The notes: generated by a model not told the origin, from the letters alone. Counted from the first letter of the stretch, positions 24,120 to 35,815 are shown. The stretch: 61,287 bases of DNA from Azolla caroliniana (GCA_043228905.1 JBHGNT010000172.1:1-61287); one strand, 5' to 3'. Numbers and translations: made by a program.

Positions 24120-26819
24120 ATGGAACCACAAACGCTGTCGGAAGCGGCCAGGAAATGGTTCAGGCAAAACGGACTGGAGGGGTTCTTGGCCATCATGGAG
24201 GCACCGCCGCACAGAGAAGCCGACCGGGTCATCAAGGAGCTCGCCACAGAGGTCATCACCGAGGAAGCGATCCGCGCGCTAACAGGCCTTCCGGAGGGAG
24301 GAATCTTTCAGATCGATAACCCAACCTTGGAGCAACTCACCCGATATTTCGGTGAGTACTCTGTTGCCGGCAAAGGCTATCGGACGCAGGGCGGCGAAGA
24401 TCCGCTATTCAGGGAGATTGCTCGAGTGCTCCATGAGTACGGTCACGTGTACCCCCGACCCCCTGTCATGCCAAAAAATCGGGCAGGGATGATCATAGCC
24501 ACCTATGAAGGGGTCAAGGTGGACTGGCCGGTGTTGATTGCAGACGGGCTGTGCATGGCAATAGACATGGTACGAGGGAAGGACGGCAAGGAGGGCCGGA
24601 AGCTGTGGCACGCCGTAGCTCAATGGATAACATTGCTCGTACCGCCGGTCGAGACCGTCCAGCCAAAGAAGCGGCCAAGAGTATCGGAAGGAAGCACCTC
24701 GAAGCCGGCGTCCAAACGACAGCAGCTGCTGGCGTCGAGGGCGACGAAAGGGAAGAAACGGGTCCCAGAACCGGAGGAGGTGTCACCGGTCCGACCCGTC
24801 AAGATAACCTTACGGAGACCGGGACAGAAGGAACCGGAACCCTTGACGGCACAGAAACATGCCGTGACACAGGAAGAGGAAACGGAGGAGCCAGAAGAGC
24901 ACCTCCAACGACGGTCAAGAAGTAGGACCGTCGAGACAGGAGGGGAGCGGTTGTACCCGCGAGAGGCAGAAACGCCCCCAACTCAACCTGAGCAAACCAC
25001 AAGGGAAGAACCGGAACTGGTGCGTAGGGAACCGGTCTTGTCGACTTCTATAGAAGAAGTCAGTCCAACGGCTCCGGAGACGGCGAGAACCGGAACTCAA
25101 CAGCCGGCGAGCCCAGCCAGAGCACACGGCGGCCAAGGAGTAGAACCAGAACGGCATATGCAGGCACTCAGGCCAGACAATTCCACAGGGAATGAGCCAA
25201 CCCGACCAGTACAACAACAAGGCACCAGTAGCATGTGGCTACGGTGGGTAGGCGAGCAAATCGCCGGAGTGGTCGAGTATATAGAGGCGGAAGAGAGAGC
25301 GCACCAGGAACGGTTGCTCGTCACAACCGTAGATCTAGAGACGGCCCGGTCCAGAATCCGGAGCCTTGAACAAGACTTGGACAGGGTCACAAGGGAAATG
25401 GCGCAAGTGGCTTTGACAACACAAGTCCAAGCACCGGTGACTCCGGGCAATGTACAGAATAAAGCGACAGATCAACCTGTACATAGCAATCAGACCCCGG
25501 CAACGGAAACCGTTCCGGAGAGAAATGCGGCACAAGCCCAAGAGCTTGCGGATTTAAAGGATGAGCTTGCTGCCCAAGAAGCGCTGAGGAGCCGCGAAAG
25601 AGAATTGAAGACGGCAGCGGAGGCAGAACTCAAAAAGACTGCTGAGAATCTACGCCGGGCCGAGGAGAGCTTACGGAAAGGCCACCAAGCGTACGACCGG
25701 CTCAAGGAGGAAAAGGAGAAAATGCTGCAAGAGAAGGACAAGCTCCGGAGGAACGCCGAAACAGAAGTAGAGCGCCTGAAAGAGGAACTCCGGCAGGTAA
25801 AGGACCGGGAGGACCGGAACCATCGCCAGCTCAACGGCAAGCTCAAACAAAAAACGGAGGAATTTGAGCAATTGCACCGGGAGTATAAACGGTTGCAAAC
25901 GGAGCACAAGGAACGGACGGATGAGCTCCGGCAAGCAGTTGATCGGACCGCAACCGCATTCGCCAAGGAACAAGCGGAAAACAGAAGACGGTTGGAAGAG
26001 GCGGAGAAGGTTCGGACAGAGCTCCTCAGGCAACAGCAGGCGGAAAAAGAAAGAGCGGCGGAGGTACTGCAGAGGCTGCAAACGACATATCAAGGGCAGC
26101 TGACGCGCTACAGAGAGCAGGCGGAGGATATGGCAAACCTCATCAAGCAGTTGAAGGAGGAGCGACAAGTGGTGGAAAGCAGAGCTCAAATGGGAGCAAG
26201 TCGCATCCAAGATATAATGCGGGCCTGGTTGAACCAGACCAAGAGCTTGATTGACAACGGTTCCGTCAAATGGTGGACCAAGTGGGCCACGAACGCGGCG
26301 GAACTCCAATTGCTCCGGGCCGACGTAGAGAACCGGCGGAAGGAGGGAGATGATTGCTATATGCTGACTTCCGAAGACTTCACCGGCATAAGGGATGAGC
26401 TTGCCGAAGACTTTCAAGCCTTGGCAGAGGACCAACTAGAGCAAGTCCGGCAACTTGTAGCTCAGCTGGACGACGACAGGCTGGAGGCGCAGATCCAGTT
26501 TGAAAGCTACGAGAGGTCCCGGATCCGGGGAGAGAAAGAACGAGAACCAGTTACGGTCAACCTCAGTGATGAGGAACCGTTACTGGAAGGAGACCGGACC
26601 GGAAGCAGTCAAACGGAGATGCCGGAGCCAGAGAGACAAACGGAGCAGCCGGAGGCAGCGAAACAAACGGAGCAGCAGCAGCAAGCAGAGCAGCCGGAGC
26701 AACCTCAGTTCCAACCGCAACCACAGCAGCAGCAGCAAGCACAGCCGCAACAACCACAACCGGAAGAACAAGTGGAAATTCTTGAACAAAGTAATTTGGA
26801 CAATTTGGGTGAACAATGA
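24120..26819 (+). CDS. Extra 3' ORF of B (~899 aa): globular N-domain, disordered linker, long coiled coil, Q-rich tail
   Basis: Uninterrupted frame; ATG 24120 and the N-domain are conserved in A. Confidence 0.88.
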   Translation: MEPQTLSEAARKWFRQNGLEGFLAIMEAPPHREADRVIKELATEVITEEAIRALTGLPEGGIFQIDNPTLEQLTRYFGEYSVAGKGYRTQGGEDPLFREIARVLHEYGHVYPRPPVMPKNRAGMIIATYEGVKVDWPVLIADGLCMAIDMVRGKDGKEGRKLWHAVAQWITLLVPPVETVQPKKRPRVSEGSTSKPASKRQQLLASRATKGKKRVPEPEEVSPVRPVKITLRRPGQKEPEPLTAQKHAVTQEEETEEPEEHLQRRSRSRTVETGGERLYPREAETPPTQPEQTTREEPELVRREPVLSTSIEEVSPTAPETARTGTQQPASPARAHGGQGVEPERHMQALRPDNSTGNEPTRPVQQQGTSSMWLRWVGEQIAGVVEYIEAEERAHQERLLVTTVDLETARSRIRSLEQDLDRVTREMAQVALTTQVQAPVTPGNVQNKATDQPVHSNQTPATETVPERNAAQAQELADLKDELAAQEALRSRERELKTAAEAELKKTAENLRRAEESLRKGHQAYDRLKEEKEKMLQEKDKLRRNAETEVERLKEELRQVKDREDRNHRQLNGKLKQKTEEFEQLHREYKRLQTEHKERTDELRQAVDRTATAFAKEQAENRRRLEEAEKVRTELLRQQQAEKERAAEVLQRLQTTYQGQLTRYREQAEDMANLIKQLKEERQVVESRAQMGASRIQDIMRAWLNQTKSLIDNGSVKWWTKWATNAAELQLLRADVENRRKEGDDCYMLTSEDFTGIRDELAEDFQALAEDQLEQVRQLVAQLDDDRLEAQIQFESYERSRIRGEKEREPVTVNLSDEEPLLEGDRTGSSQTEMPEPERQTEQPEAAKQTEQQQQAEQPEQPQFQPQPQQQQQAQPQQPQPEEQVEILEQSNLDNLGEQ

Positions 26820-26831
26820 AGGGGCCGAGAA

Positions 26832-26869
26832 GGGTTCGACGTACAAGGTACTGTCCCACGGGCGTGCCA
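26832..26869 (-). promoter_or_regulatory. Inverted PBS-like site (tRNA-Arg(UCU) 3' end) in the position normally taken by the PPT
   Basis: GGGTTCGA-13 nt-GTCCCACGGGCGTGCCA ending 2 nt before the 3' LTR. Confidence 0.7.
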
Positions 26870-26871
26870 TG

Positions 26872-27291
26872 TGTTACCGGCCGGCAAGGAGTCCAAAATA
26901 CGGAGTGAAGGAATTAATTAGATATGGTTGTAAATGAGCATAGTGTGGACGGACGGACTGGAAACGGTATGCCGTTCCAGATCCGGACGGATCCCGAATA
27001 GGTGCGAGAGGCACCGTTTTGTACTACGGGCCGGAAACCTATTTAAAGGCCCGGACCCTATTGTAATGACAGCGGATAATTAATAGAGATTCTGATGTTT
27101 ATACTTCTGTCTTGATTTCCGTTCTGTAATCACTGTTATATCTTACGCGTGTAATTAACCAAAGCAATCTAATCGTGTAACCTACGTAAGTCGGTGTAAT
27201 CGTTGAATCTTAATCCTATGCCGTAATCACCCTTTGGTGAAGTGTCTCCGTGACACCTTGTGTTAGGCCTTGTCCGGCTAAGAGAATAACA
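26872..27291 (+). repeat. 3' LTR of B
   Basis: Matches the 5' LTR. Confidence 0.97.
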
Positions 27292-27682
27292 TTATGCTTT
27301 CGTACTCATTGAGGTGTGCTTGAACCGAATCGGATTCTTTCATCCGCAAGTTGTAGAGGCGCCGGATCAGAAACATCTTCGTTGCGGCGACCTTCTTTTC
27401 GTAAGTGTCCGACAGTGTTTTCCACAGTTCGAATGCTGTCGTACACGATTGCACCGTAAAGTATACCGATTCCGATAGGTGCATCCGAATCGTGGCGCGG
27501 ACAATTCTGTCCAGCTTCTGCCACTCAATTGGTTTGTATCCTTCTGGAGGTTCTTCATTTTCGATGGGATCGATTTGCCCCTTGACTATGAGATAGTCCT
27601 GCATTTGTTCCTTCCAGAAGTTGAAGTTCGATCCATCGAACTTTCGTAGACTCATTTCTAACGAGCCGGATGTTGATGCCAT
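27292..27682 (-). CDS. Copia J Gag N-terminus
   Basis: KFDGSNFNFWKEQMQDYL copia Gag motif. Confidence 0.92.
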
Positions 27683-28359
27683 CAAGTTCGGTTTTGGTTG
27701 ACGAAGCTCGGTTCGGAGTTGGCTACGAACCTTGTTGGAGTGCAGCCAGTTGGCTCACCCGATATCGTTCTAGTCGGATTTGAACCCGAGTCGGTTCGGC
27801 TTCAGAACTTGCTCGAATTGACTCCGGTAACTTGAGGGACAGAACCGACTGGTCTTCCCGAATGTTGCCGAGTCGGAGTGAGCCCAGTTCGCTTCGGATA
27901 TATATGCCGAATACCGATTATTGAAACCGATTATCTGGACCGATTCTGCTTCGGGTGGCTGCAGCGACGAGAGAGACAGATCCAACTGATCCTCCCGAAT
28001 GTCGATCAGCCGGATGAAGCGCGAATTGGGGTTGTTGTCTTGAGACCGATCTGCACCGAGTGGTTACAACGAGCGGCGAGCAGCGTTTAATGACCTTTTC
28101 GGATGCCGTTTAACCGAGTGGAGCGCGATCGTGTCAATGTTGCACAAGGGGATTTCACCTCGAGCGTTGCGATCACAAGGAACGGAGTACAACCGGCTGG
28201 CTTACTCCAAGCGAAGAGGATCTAACGCGAAGAGATGCAAGCCTCGTTTTTCTTCTTCTCTCTTCTTCGAATGACGCAGGAAACCGAATGCTGTGCAGGC
28301 TGAGACGACGGCCGACAGCGGATTGAAGGACCGAATACTGTGCAGGCTCTGATACCAGA

Positions 28360-28448
28360 TGTTGGAGACAAAGTCGTCTGTGCGGAAGATCAAGAAGCAT
28401 TCGATTGCTGTTGAGTACCTGCGTATGATAGTTTGTAGGTCGTTGCAC

Positions 28449-28479
<31 letters not shown>

Positions 28480-28655
28480 GAGGCACAAAAGACTTTCTTA
28501 TTCCATAAAGCAATAATACAACACCCAACCTTACAAAAAGGTTACAAGGTCACTATATATAGTGACCGACTTAGGGCAACTACCCTTTACGCTAATTACA
28601 TAAATGGCCAAAACGGGATAGTGTGAATACGTCCATTATACACATGTATTCGACA
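28360..28655 (-). repeat. 5' LTR of J (296 bp)
   Basis: Adjacent to PBS TGGTATCAGAGC on the minus strand. Confidence 0.95.
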
Positions 28656-28844
28656 GGGCCCATAGCAGACATATTCACGGATATGTCCCTGCATTCGGAT
28701 CGCTCTCCGGGTACATTCGTCATCCGGCTCCGAAGTCGGGGTCTTCCTCATCCGGTTCCGATACCGAAACCGGGCTTGTCGGCATTCATCTCCAATATCC
28801 GACCATCCCATCCGAAGGGACCGTAATTCCAACAAACTCCCCCT

Positions 28845-31800
28845 TCACTTCGGCATGGGATGTCTCTCCAATCCGATCCTCTTCCGGCATGCTTCCAGCT
28901 TGTCGGGTGTGAGGACCTTGGTCAGCATATCCGACCCGTTCTCGTCCGTGTGGATCTTTGTCAGCACGAACTCCTTGTCTTCTATCCTTTCCCGGATCCA
29001 GTGATATCTTCGCTGGATGTGCTTCGTCCGGGAGTGATAGGCCGCGTTCTTCGCAAGGTGGATTGCACTCTGACTGTCGCAGTAGAGTCGGTACTCCTCC
29101 TGCCGGATACCGAGCTCTCTAATGAAGTCCTTCATCCATATTATTTCCTTGCCGGCTTCAACAGCTGCCATGTACTCCGCCTCCGTGGTTGACAACGCAA
29201 CCGTCTTCTGCAGCCTCGACTGCCACGAAACAGCTCCCCCTGCATACGTCATCACATACCCTGATGTGGACCGGCTGGTATCTGCATCAGCCGACATATC
29301 CGAATCGGTGAAACCGTCGAGTTCGGGTTTACCGGAGCCGAATCGGAGGCACACATTCGCTGTGCCCTTCAGGTATCGGAGTATCCACTTGACCGCGTTC
29401 CAATGCTCTTTGCCGGGATTGCTCATGTACCGGCTCACCACTCCGACTGCATATCCGATGTCCGGTCTCGTACACACCATGGCGTACATCAAGCTCCCGA
29501 CGGCTGAGGCATACGGCACTTTCATCATATCCTCCTTTTCAGCCTTTGTCTTGGGACTTTGCTTGCTGGACAGCTTGCAGTTTGTCGGGAGGGACGATCC
29601 GACCGGTCTCGCTTCCGACATGTTGAACCGGTGAAGCACCTTCGTCACGTACTTTTCTTGTGACAGCCACAACTGCTTCTTCTTCCGGTCCCGTATGATG
29701 TGCATCCCTAGTATTTGTCTCGCCGGACCCAGGTCCTTCATTGAGAAGGTTCGGTGAAGAGCCTTCTTCAGCATCCGTATCTTGATCTGGTCCCGTCCGA
29801 CGATCAACATGTCGTCCACGTACAGGAGGAGTATGAGAAAGTCTCCTCCTTCGAACTTCTTCACAAACATGCAGTGGTCGGACTGCGTTTTGAGGTACCC
29901 TTCGTCGGTCATGAAGGAGTCGAACTTCCGGTACCATTGCCGGGGTGCCTGCTTCAGTCCGTAAAGGCTCTTCTTCAACCGACATACCAGGTGCTCCTTC
30001 CCTTTCTTCTCGAATCCTTCCGGTTGCTGCATGTAGATCTCTTCTTCGAGGTCACCGTGAAGGAATGCCGTCTTTACGTCCATCTGTTCTACCTCGAGGT
30101 CCATGCTTGCCGCTATGCTCAGCACCGTCCGGATGGAGGTCATCTTCACTACCGGGGCAAATATCTCGTCGAAGTCGACGCCCTTCTTTTGCTGAAACCC
30201 CTTCACCACGATCCTGGCTTTGTATCTCGGGGGGTTTCCGGCATCTCCCGGTTTCAGCTTGAACACCCACTTGTTTCGAAGTGCCCGCTTTCCTTTCGGC
30301 AACTCCACAAGTTCATATGTGTGGTTCTCATGCAGGGAATCCATCTCGTCCTGCATGGCACTCAACCACCTGCGGCTCTGGGTGTCATGCTTTGCTTCTT
30401 CAAAGCTCTCCGGCTCCCCCTCGTCGGTTAGCAGCACGTGCTCTGGTTCCGGAAATCTCCGGGGGGCCCTTCTCTCTCTTAGAGGATATCTCCGTTCCGG
30501 AGCTTCGGTAACCGGTTCTTCCGATTCTTCTTCATCCGAATCCATTTCGGGATCGGGGCCGGTTCCGGTATCGTTTTCATCTTCTTCGGCCGGTTCTGTT
30601 TCTTCACCGTCTTCGGCCGGATCCTCGAGTGCTAACCGGTCCCTTGCCGGTCGGGACTGCTCCTCGTAGAGTTGATCCTCACCGGTCGACTTGGAGCTCT
30701 TCACCTTCTTCTCCGACTCCCAGTCGGCGAGTGTCTTGTCCTCCATGAAGATGATGTCTCGACTCCTGAATATCTTCTTGTCGACCGGGTCCCATACTCG
30801 GTAGCCGAACTCGTCATCGCCGTAACCGAGGAATATGCATGGCCGGGTCTTTGGATCTAGCTTTCCTCTCCGGTCCTTTGCCACATGCACGTATGCGAGA
30901 CACCCGAACACCTTCAGATGCCGGTAGGACACTTCCTTACCGGTCCACACTTTCTGCGGCGTGTCTCCGTCCAAAGGTACTGAGGGTGATCTGTTTATCA
31001 CGTATGTCGCCGTTGACATTGCCTCAGCCCAAAACCCCTTGGGTAATTTCGCATGCGCCAGCATACTCCGGAGCCTCTCCATTATGGTCCGGTTCATCCT
31101 CTCGGCCAGCCCGTTCAGTTCCGGCGTCTTCGGCACAGTAAACTCGAGTCGGATTCCCTTCGAGCGACAGTACTCCTGGAACTGCCCCCGGTATTCCCCT
31201 CCGTTATCCGCTCGTATCGCTTTCAGCTTCTTGCCGGATTCCCTTTCCACTCTCGCGTGGAGTTATTTGAAGACGCACAACACTTGGTCCTTTGTCTTCA
31301 ACGGTGCCGTCCACAGCTTCCGGCTGTGATCATCAATGAATGTTACGAAGTACTGGGCTCCGCCATGTGACTTCGTTTCTACCTGACACACATCAGTGTG
31401 CACCAACTCCAATGGTGCGCTACGTCTCGTCGGTGGCCTTGAGTGGAAGGAGGTTCGGTTCTGCTTACCGGCCAGGCAATCGGTGCACTTCTCCAGGTGC
31501 ACTTGCTTCACTGGAATAAGGTTGTCTTCTGCAAGCCTCTTCATCCCCTTCTCACTCATGTGGCACAGTCTTTTGTGCCACAGCTCACCGGCAGTGTCGG
31601 TTGCCACATTCAGCTCTTCCGGACATAACCGGGCATTCATCAGGTACAGTGTGTTGTCTTTCCGGGCCCGAGCCACTATCAGGCTCCCCTTGCTGAACTT
31701 CATTACGCCGTTCCGGATGCTACCTGTGTAGCCTTCATCGTCTAGCCTCCCGGCCGAAATCAGGTTCAATCGAACCTCCGGAACGTGTCGGACATCCTTC

Positions 31801-32918
31801 AGCAGCATTTTGCATCCGGTCGGGGTTGTCAACCACACGTCTCCGATGCCGGCAATCCGGCACGTACCTTCATTTCCCATCCGAACACAGCCATGCTCAC
31901 CGGCTGTGTAGGATGAGAAGTATCTTCTCTCCGGGGTCAGGTGGAACGATGCTCCGGAATCGACCACCCAGGTCGTCTCATTGCCGGCAATGTTTAGTTC
32001 ACCTTCTTCGGTGATGAGCATGATTTCTTCCTCACTTGCCGCGAGTGCCGTCGTTCCTTTCCGGTCCTGCCCTCGCCGATCCGAACCTCTCCGGTCCGTG
32101 GCTCCCCGGTATGCACCGTTTCTCTCCGGTGACTTCTTCGAATCGGTGTCGTCGGCTCCGTTGTCTTTTCGGTAATGCCGACAATTCTTTCGAAAGTGCC
32201 CCGGCTTCCCACAGTGGAAGCATGTGGGCCTTCCTCTTGACTGCGACCGGGTCCCCGACTTCTCCCGTCTTTGCGGACTCCGGTTCCATTGTCTTCCCCG
32301 ATCCGATTCGGTAAGCAGCGCCTTCGAGTCGGAGGCCGGTTCTTTATCTCTCCGACGCGCTTCTTCGTTCAAAATACTTGTCTTTACCGTTTGTAAGGAC
32401 AAGTTATCTTCGGTGCACGAGGTGCTGAGAGTCACCACCAAGTTCTCCCAGCTTTCCGGCAATGTACACATCAGGATGATGGCTTGCATTGCATCCTCCA
32501 ACGGGAACTTGATCGCCGCAAGCTGATTCACGAATCCCATGAACGTGCTTACGTGTTCCACCCTACTCTCGTCGTCCCGGTACTTGAGATTCACTATCTT
32601 CCTCATCAGGGAGGTCCGGTTCAACGCATTCTTCCTCTCGTAGAGGCCCGACAGCTTCTTCCACATCTCATATGCGTTGGTGTCGTTTGCCACATGTTGT
32701 AGGACGCTCACGTCGACGTATTGCCGAATGGTTGCAACGGCTTTCCGGTTCAGAAGCCTCCATTCCGACTCAAGTACCCCTTTCGGTATTTCCGACCTGT
32801 CAATCGGTTCGTACAGGTCTCGAACAATCAGAAGATCCTCCATCTTGATCTTCCAGTCGGCGTAATTCTGCGCATTCAGCACCATCATCCCCGGCTGCCC
32901 GCTGCCGCCGCCTTCCAT
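28845..32918 (-). CDS. Copia I gag-pol with a single in-frame stop at 31263-31265
   Basis: In-frame ORFs of 551 and 801 aa covering all copia domains; PPT at 28835-28844. Confidence 0.94.
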
Positions 32919-32933
32919 TTTCTGCAGCAGTTC

Positions 32934-32945
32934 GCTCTGATACCA
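32934..32945 (-). promoter_or_regulatory. PBS of I (initiator tRNA-Met)
   Basis: TGGTATCAGAGC. Confidence 0.92.
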
Positions 32946-32948
32946 GTT

Positions 32949-33269
32949 TGTTGGGAATCAACGCTTCGATTCACCTTCTTCGCTCGGCCACAACCGAGTA
33001 ATCGCGGATCAATGCAGCAGAAAATAGAAACCAAAGAGAGAAACACACGAGTACACAGGGATTAACGTGGAAAACCCTAGATGGGAAAAAACCACGGGAG
33101 TACAAGACTCCAAACAACACTATACAAAGAGAAGTATACAATGACGAGCTCCAAGGCGACGACCTTGAGCTCGCTGTCCTCGCCACAGGCGGCGGAAATA
33201 CACAGAGGCGTCGTCCTCTTCCTCTCTCGCGCTCTATCTCTCTCTCTCTCTCTCACGGCTGCTCCCTCT
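32949..33269 (-). repeat. 5' LTR of I lacking its outer ~290 bp (U3)
   Basis: Matches 12840-13158, then abuts the TSD directly. Confidence 0.88.
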
Positions 33270-33466
33270 CGATCTTTCCGCAATATCCGCATTCGGTTGC
33301 GTTTTGACGGCTCGGGTCGGAGGGGAAGCTCCCCCTTCTTGTGAAGGTTCCTCGTTGGCTTCCGTTTTGCGGCCGAAATTGGGAGTTGTTGTCATAGGTC
33401 GGACCACGTCTGCCTTGTCCTTGGCCGAATCGGCCTCTCACTTATCCACGTCCTCTTCCTCCGTTC
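33270..33466 (-). pseudogene. Copia H gag fragment (RG-rich region and first half of the knuckle, CGYCGKI)
   Basis: Joins to 12839 to restore CGYCGKIGHHEEEC. Confidence 0.85.
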
Positions 33467-35815
33467 TGTTACCAGATGGCAAGAAGGCTTAAGGAGATCC
33501 AAACCAGAGTGTGAAAGGAATAGTTTATTCGGGAACTGTTGTAATTAGTAGTCTTAATATATATATTAATATATGAGAAGATGTGGACGGACGGATAGGA
33601 ATCGATATGCCGATCCGGATCCGGACCAATCCCGAAAAGGTGCCGGTTGGCACCGTTTTGTATTTCGCACCGGAGACCTATATAAAGGCCCGATTATAAT
33701 GTAATTGGGAGTGGATAATTAATAGAACTTATTGCATTAATCTCTCAGTATTGATTACCATTATGTACTCATTGCTATATCTAACGCGTGTTAATGATGT
33801 GTTGCTAAGTAATCGATTAAGGTCTAATTAAACGTTGTGTCGTAAGTCATTCTGCTGTACCACCCTTTGGTGAAGTGTCTTAAGTGGACACCCTATGTTA
33901 GGCTGTTGTCCAGCCCTAGGAGTAACACAGTTTTTGGCGACCACGATTCCTACACAATCGCAGTGAACAGCGGCGGGAATGGATGACTAGGCCAACAGAC
34001 GACTCAGTTACGGAGAGAGCACGAAGACTTGCTGAACGGAGAAGGCGGCGAGAGGCTTTCCAGCAAGCCGTGGAAGAAATCCGAACGGATTGATCATTTT
34101 CCAAAGTGATCCGGAAAGTGGCGGAGGAGTCGCACCGTTTGCAACAAAATGCCTACCCGGATGCAGGAAGCAGCTTAAGCAGCCTCCGAGAAGCGGAAAC
34201 CCTTCTCCAGGCCTTGGCCGGAAGAGACGGCGAATCCGAAGCATTTTCAGCGCTGGAATTGGATTCAGAAGGGGTTTACAGCGCGCATACGAACTATCGC
34301 AGCAGTAACGACACCCCAGGAGGACCGGAGGACGAGGAGTCGGATACCTTATCGACACCGGAACTAGAGTTGGCAGACCGGGAACCTCCGGCACTAGACG
34401 TGGAGCAACCTCCAGAGACGGAAGAAGACCGGCAAAAACCTCCAACGCCGGAAGTCGAGCCGGCAACACCAAAGGAAGACTGACAAAGACCTCCGACGCC
34501 GACGGAACAGCAGGAAAGACCACCGACACCGCCAGCTCGCGTACCGACACCAGATGACGACATGCCGTTCTAGTACTCCAAATATCGGGATGACCTGGAC
34601 GCGGAGGCTCATGTTCACGCGTTTCAACAAACATGGGAAGCGAACCATGTGTCACAACGGTTAACCGCGGCCGAAAAGGAACGATCTAAGATAGCCGAAT
34701 TCGGCGTGACATAGGAAGGACCAGCCACTAGATGGCACCGGACGCAGGATCGCAGCACCATCACCACCTTTGCGGACCTGAAAGATAAATTCTTGCACTT
34801 CTTTCAGAAGGAGGTGGACCAGAGAGAAATGATGGGCCTATTTTATACTATTTGGCAGGACCCTGGGGAGAGCATTCGGCAGTTTGTCATCCGGTTTCAA
34901 CGGATGCACAGTCAGCTTACCCGCGCACCTCCGAAGGAAGAAACACGGGCTATATTTTTAGCCGCGCTCTGGGAACCTCTACAAACGGTATGCATGGTCA
35001 TCGACTTTCGCACAAGCATCGTCGACCAGGTCATCGACCGGGTTAGAGAAATGGAGAAAACGAGCTCTTGGCTAACAATGGGAGCCCTCCAACGAGCATT
35101 ACCAACCGATGAGGATCTCCGTTTCCGGCAAGCAATCCAATGCACGACCTGCTTGAATTCTGGACACTCATCACTAGAGTGCACCATGCGGACACACTGC
35201 TTATTTTGTCAATCTACGAGCCACACGATGGACCGGTACGAATATAACTTATTGAATCGGCAAGCACCACCAGTCCGGCAAATCGAGCCACGTAGCAACC
35301 AAGACGAAGAAGACGAACGCTGGCGGCGAGAGGAGCGATATCGACCGGCACAGGATGTCCGGTATGACAATCGGCGAGACAATTATGACCAGTACAAGAG
35401 ATATGACAAGTACCGAGATTACAATGGACGGTACGAGCATCACAACCGGGATCACTCCCCCGGGTATCACCAACCACGGGAAGATTACGAGAGGTATAAC
35501 GACCAACCCCGGCAAGGGTACTGCAACAAAAAGAACTTTAATAAAAAACGGCATTTCAAAAACGGGAACCACCCACGTGAACCGGAAAAAGGCACCTCAA
35601 GCAGCCAACCGGACTAGAATCCCGCGGTTACCACAGGTCCTCCACCGGGTACAGGAAACAATGCCGAATCCAGCAATACCCGGAAAGCATATTGCTATTA
35701 CTGCCGGCAAGAAGGACATTATAGTAATCAATGTCCGGCAAAGAGCTATGATAAGCGACCGACAGTAAACATGGTAGTCGCCGAAGTCGTAGACCTCCAG
35801 CAGGTCACCACAAGA
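33467..35815 (+). mobile_element. Element C: truncated A/B-family gypsy (LTR 33467-33927, PBS 33935-33946, pseudo-gag from 33983)
   Basis: Homology to B; several stop codons; ends abruptly after Gag. Confidence 0.9.

Larger units (their letters stand above)
17395..27291 (+). mobile_element. Element B: complete, very young Athila/Tat-like Ty3/gypsy with an extra 3' ORF; TSD TTATG
   Basis: 420-bp LTRs apparently identical; TSD at 17390-17394 and 27292-27296; splits the gag of J. Confidence 0.97.
13276..28655 (-). mobile_element. Element J: complete Ty1/copia inserted in the 3' LTR of I; TSD GGGCC
   Basis: LTRs 13276-13573 and 28360-28655; Met-i PBS 28346-28357; PPT 13574-13582. Confidence 0.96.
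12840..33269 (-). mobile_element. Element I: Ty1/copia (Tork/Tnt1-like), inserted in the zinc knuckle of H; TSD CGATC
   Basis: 3' LTR 12840-13275 plus 28661-28834 (split by J); truncated 5' LTR 32949-33269; TSD at 12835-12839 and 33270-33274. Confidence 0.92.

Noticed and set aside
24120-26819. Retroviral envelope gene or captured host myosin-like gene
   Set aside because: There is no signal peptide or transmembrane segment, and coiled-coil similarity is compositional.
31263-31265. Gag/pol boundary in I
   Set aside because: The stop lies inside integrase, where L reads FKEF, so it is a point mutation.
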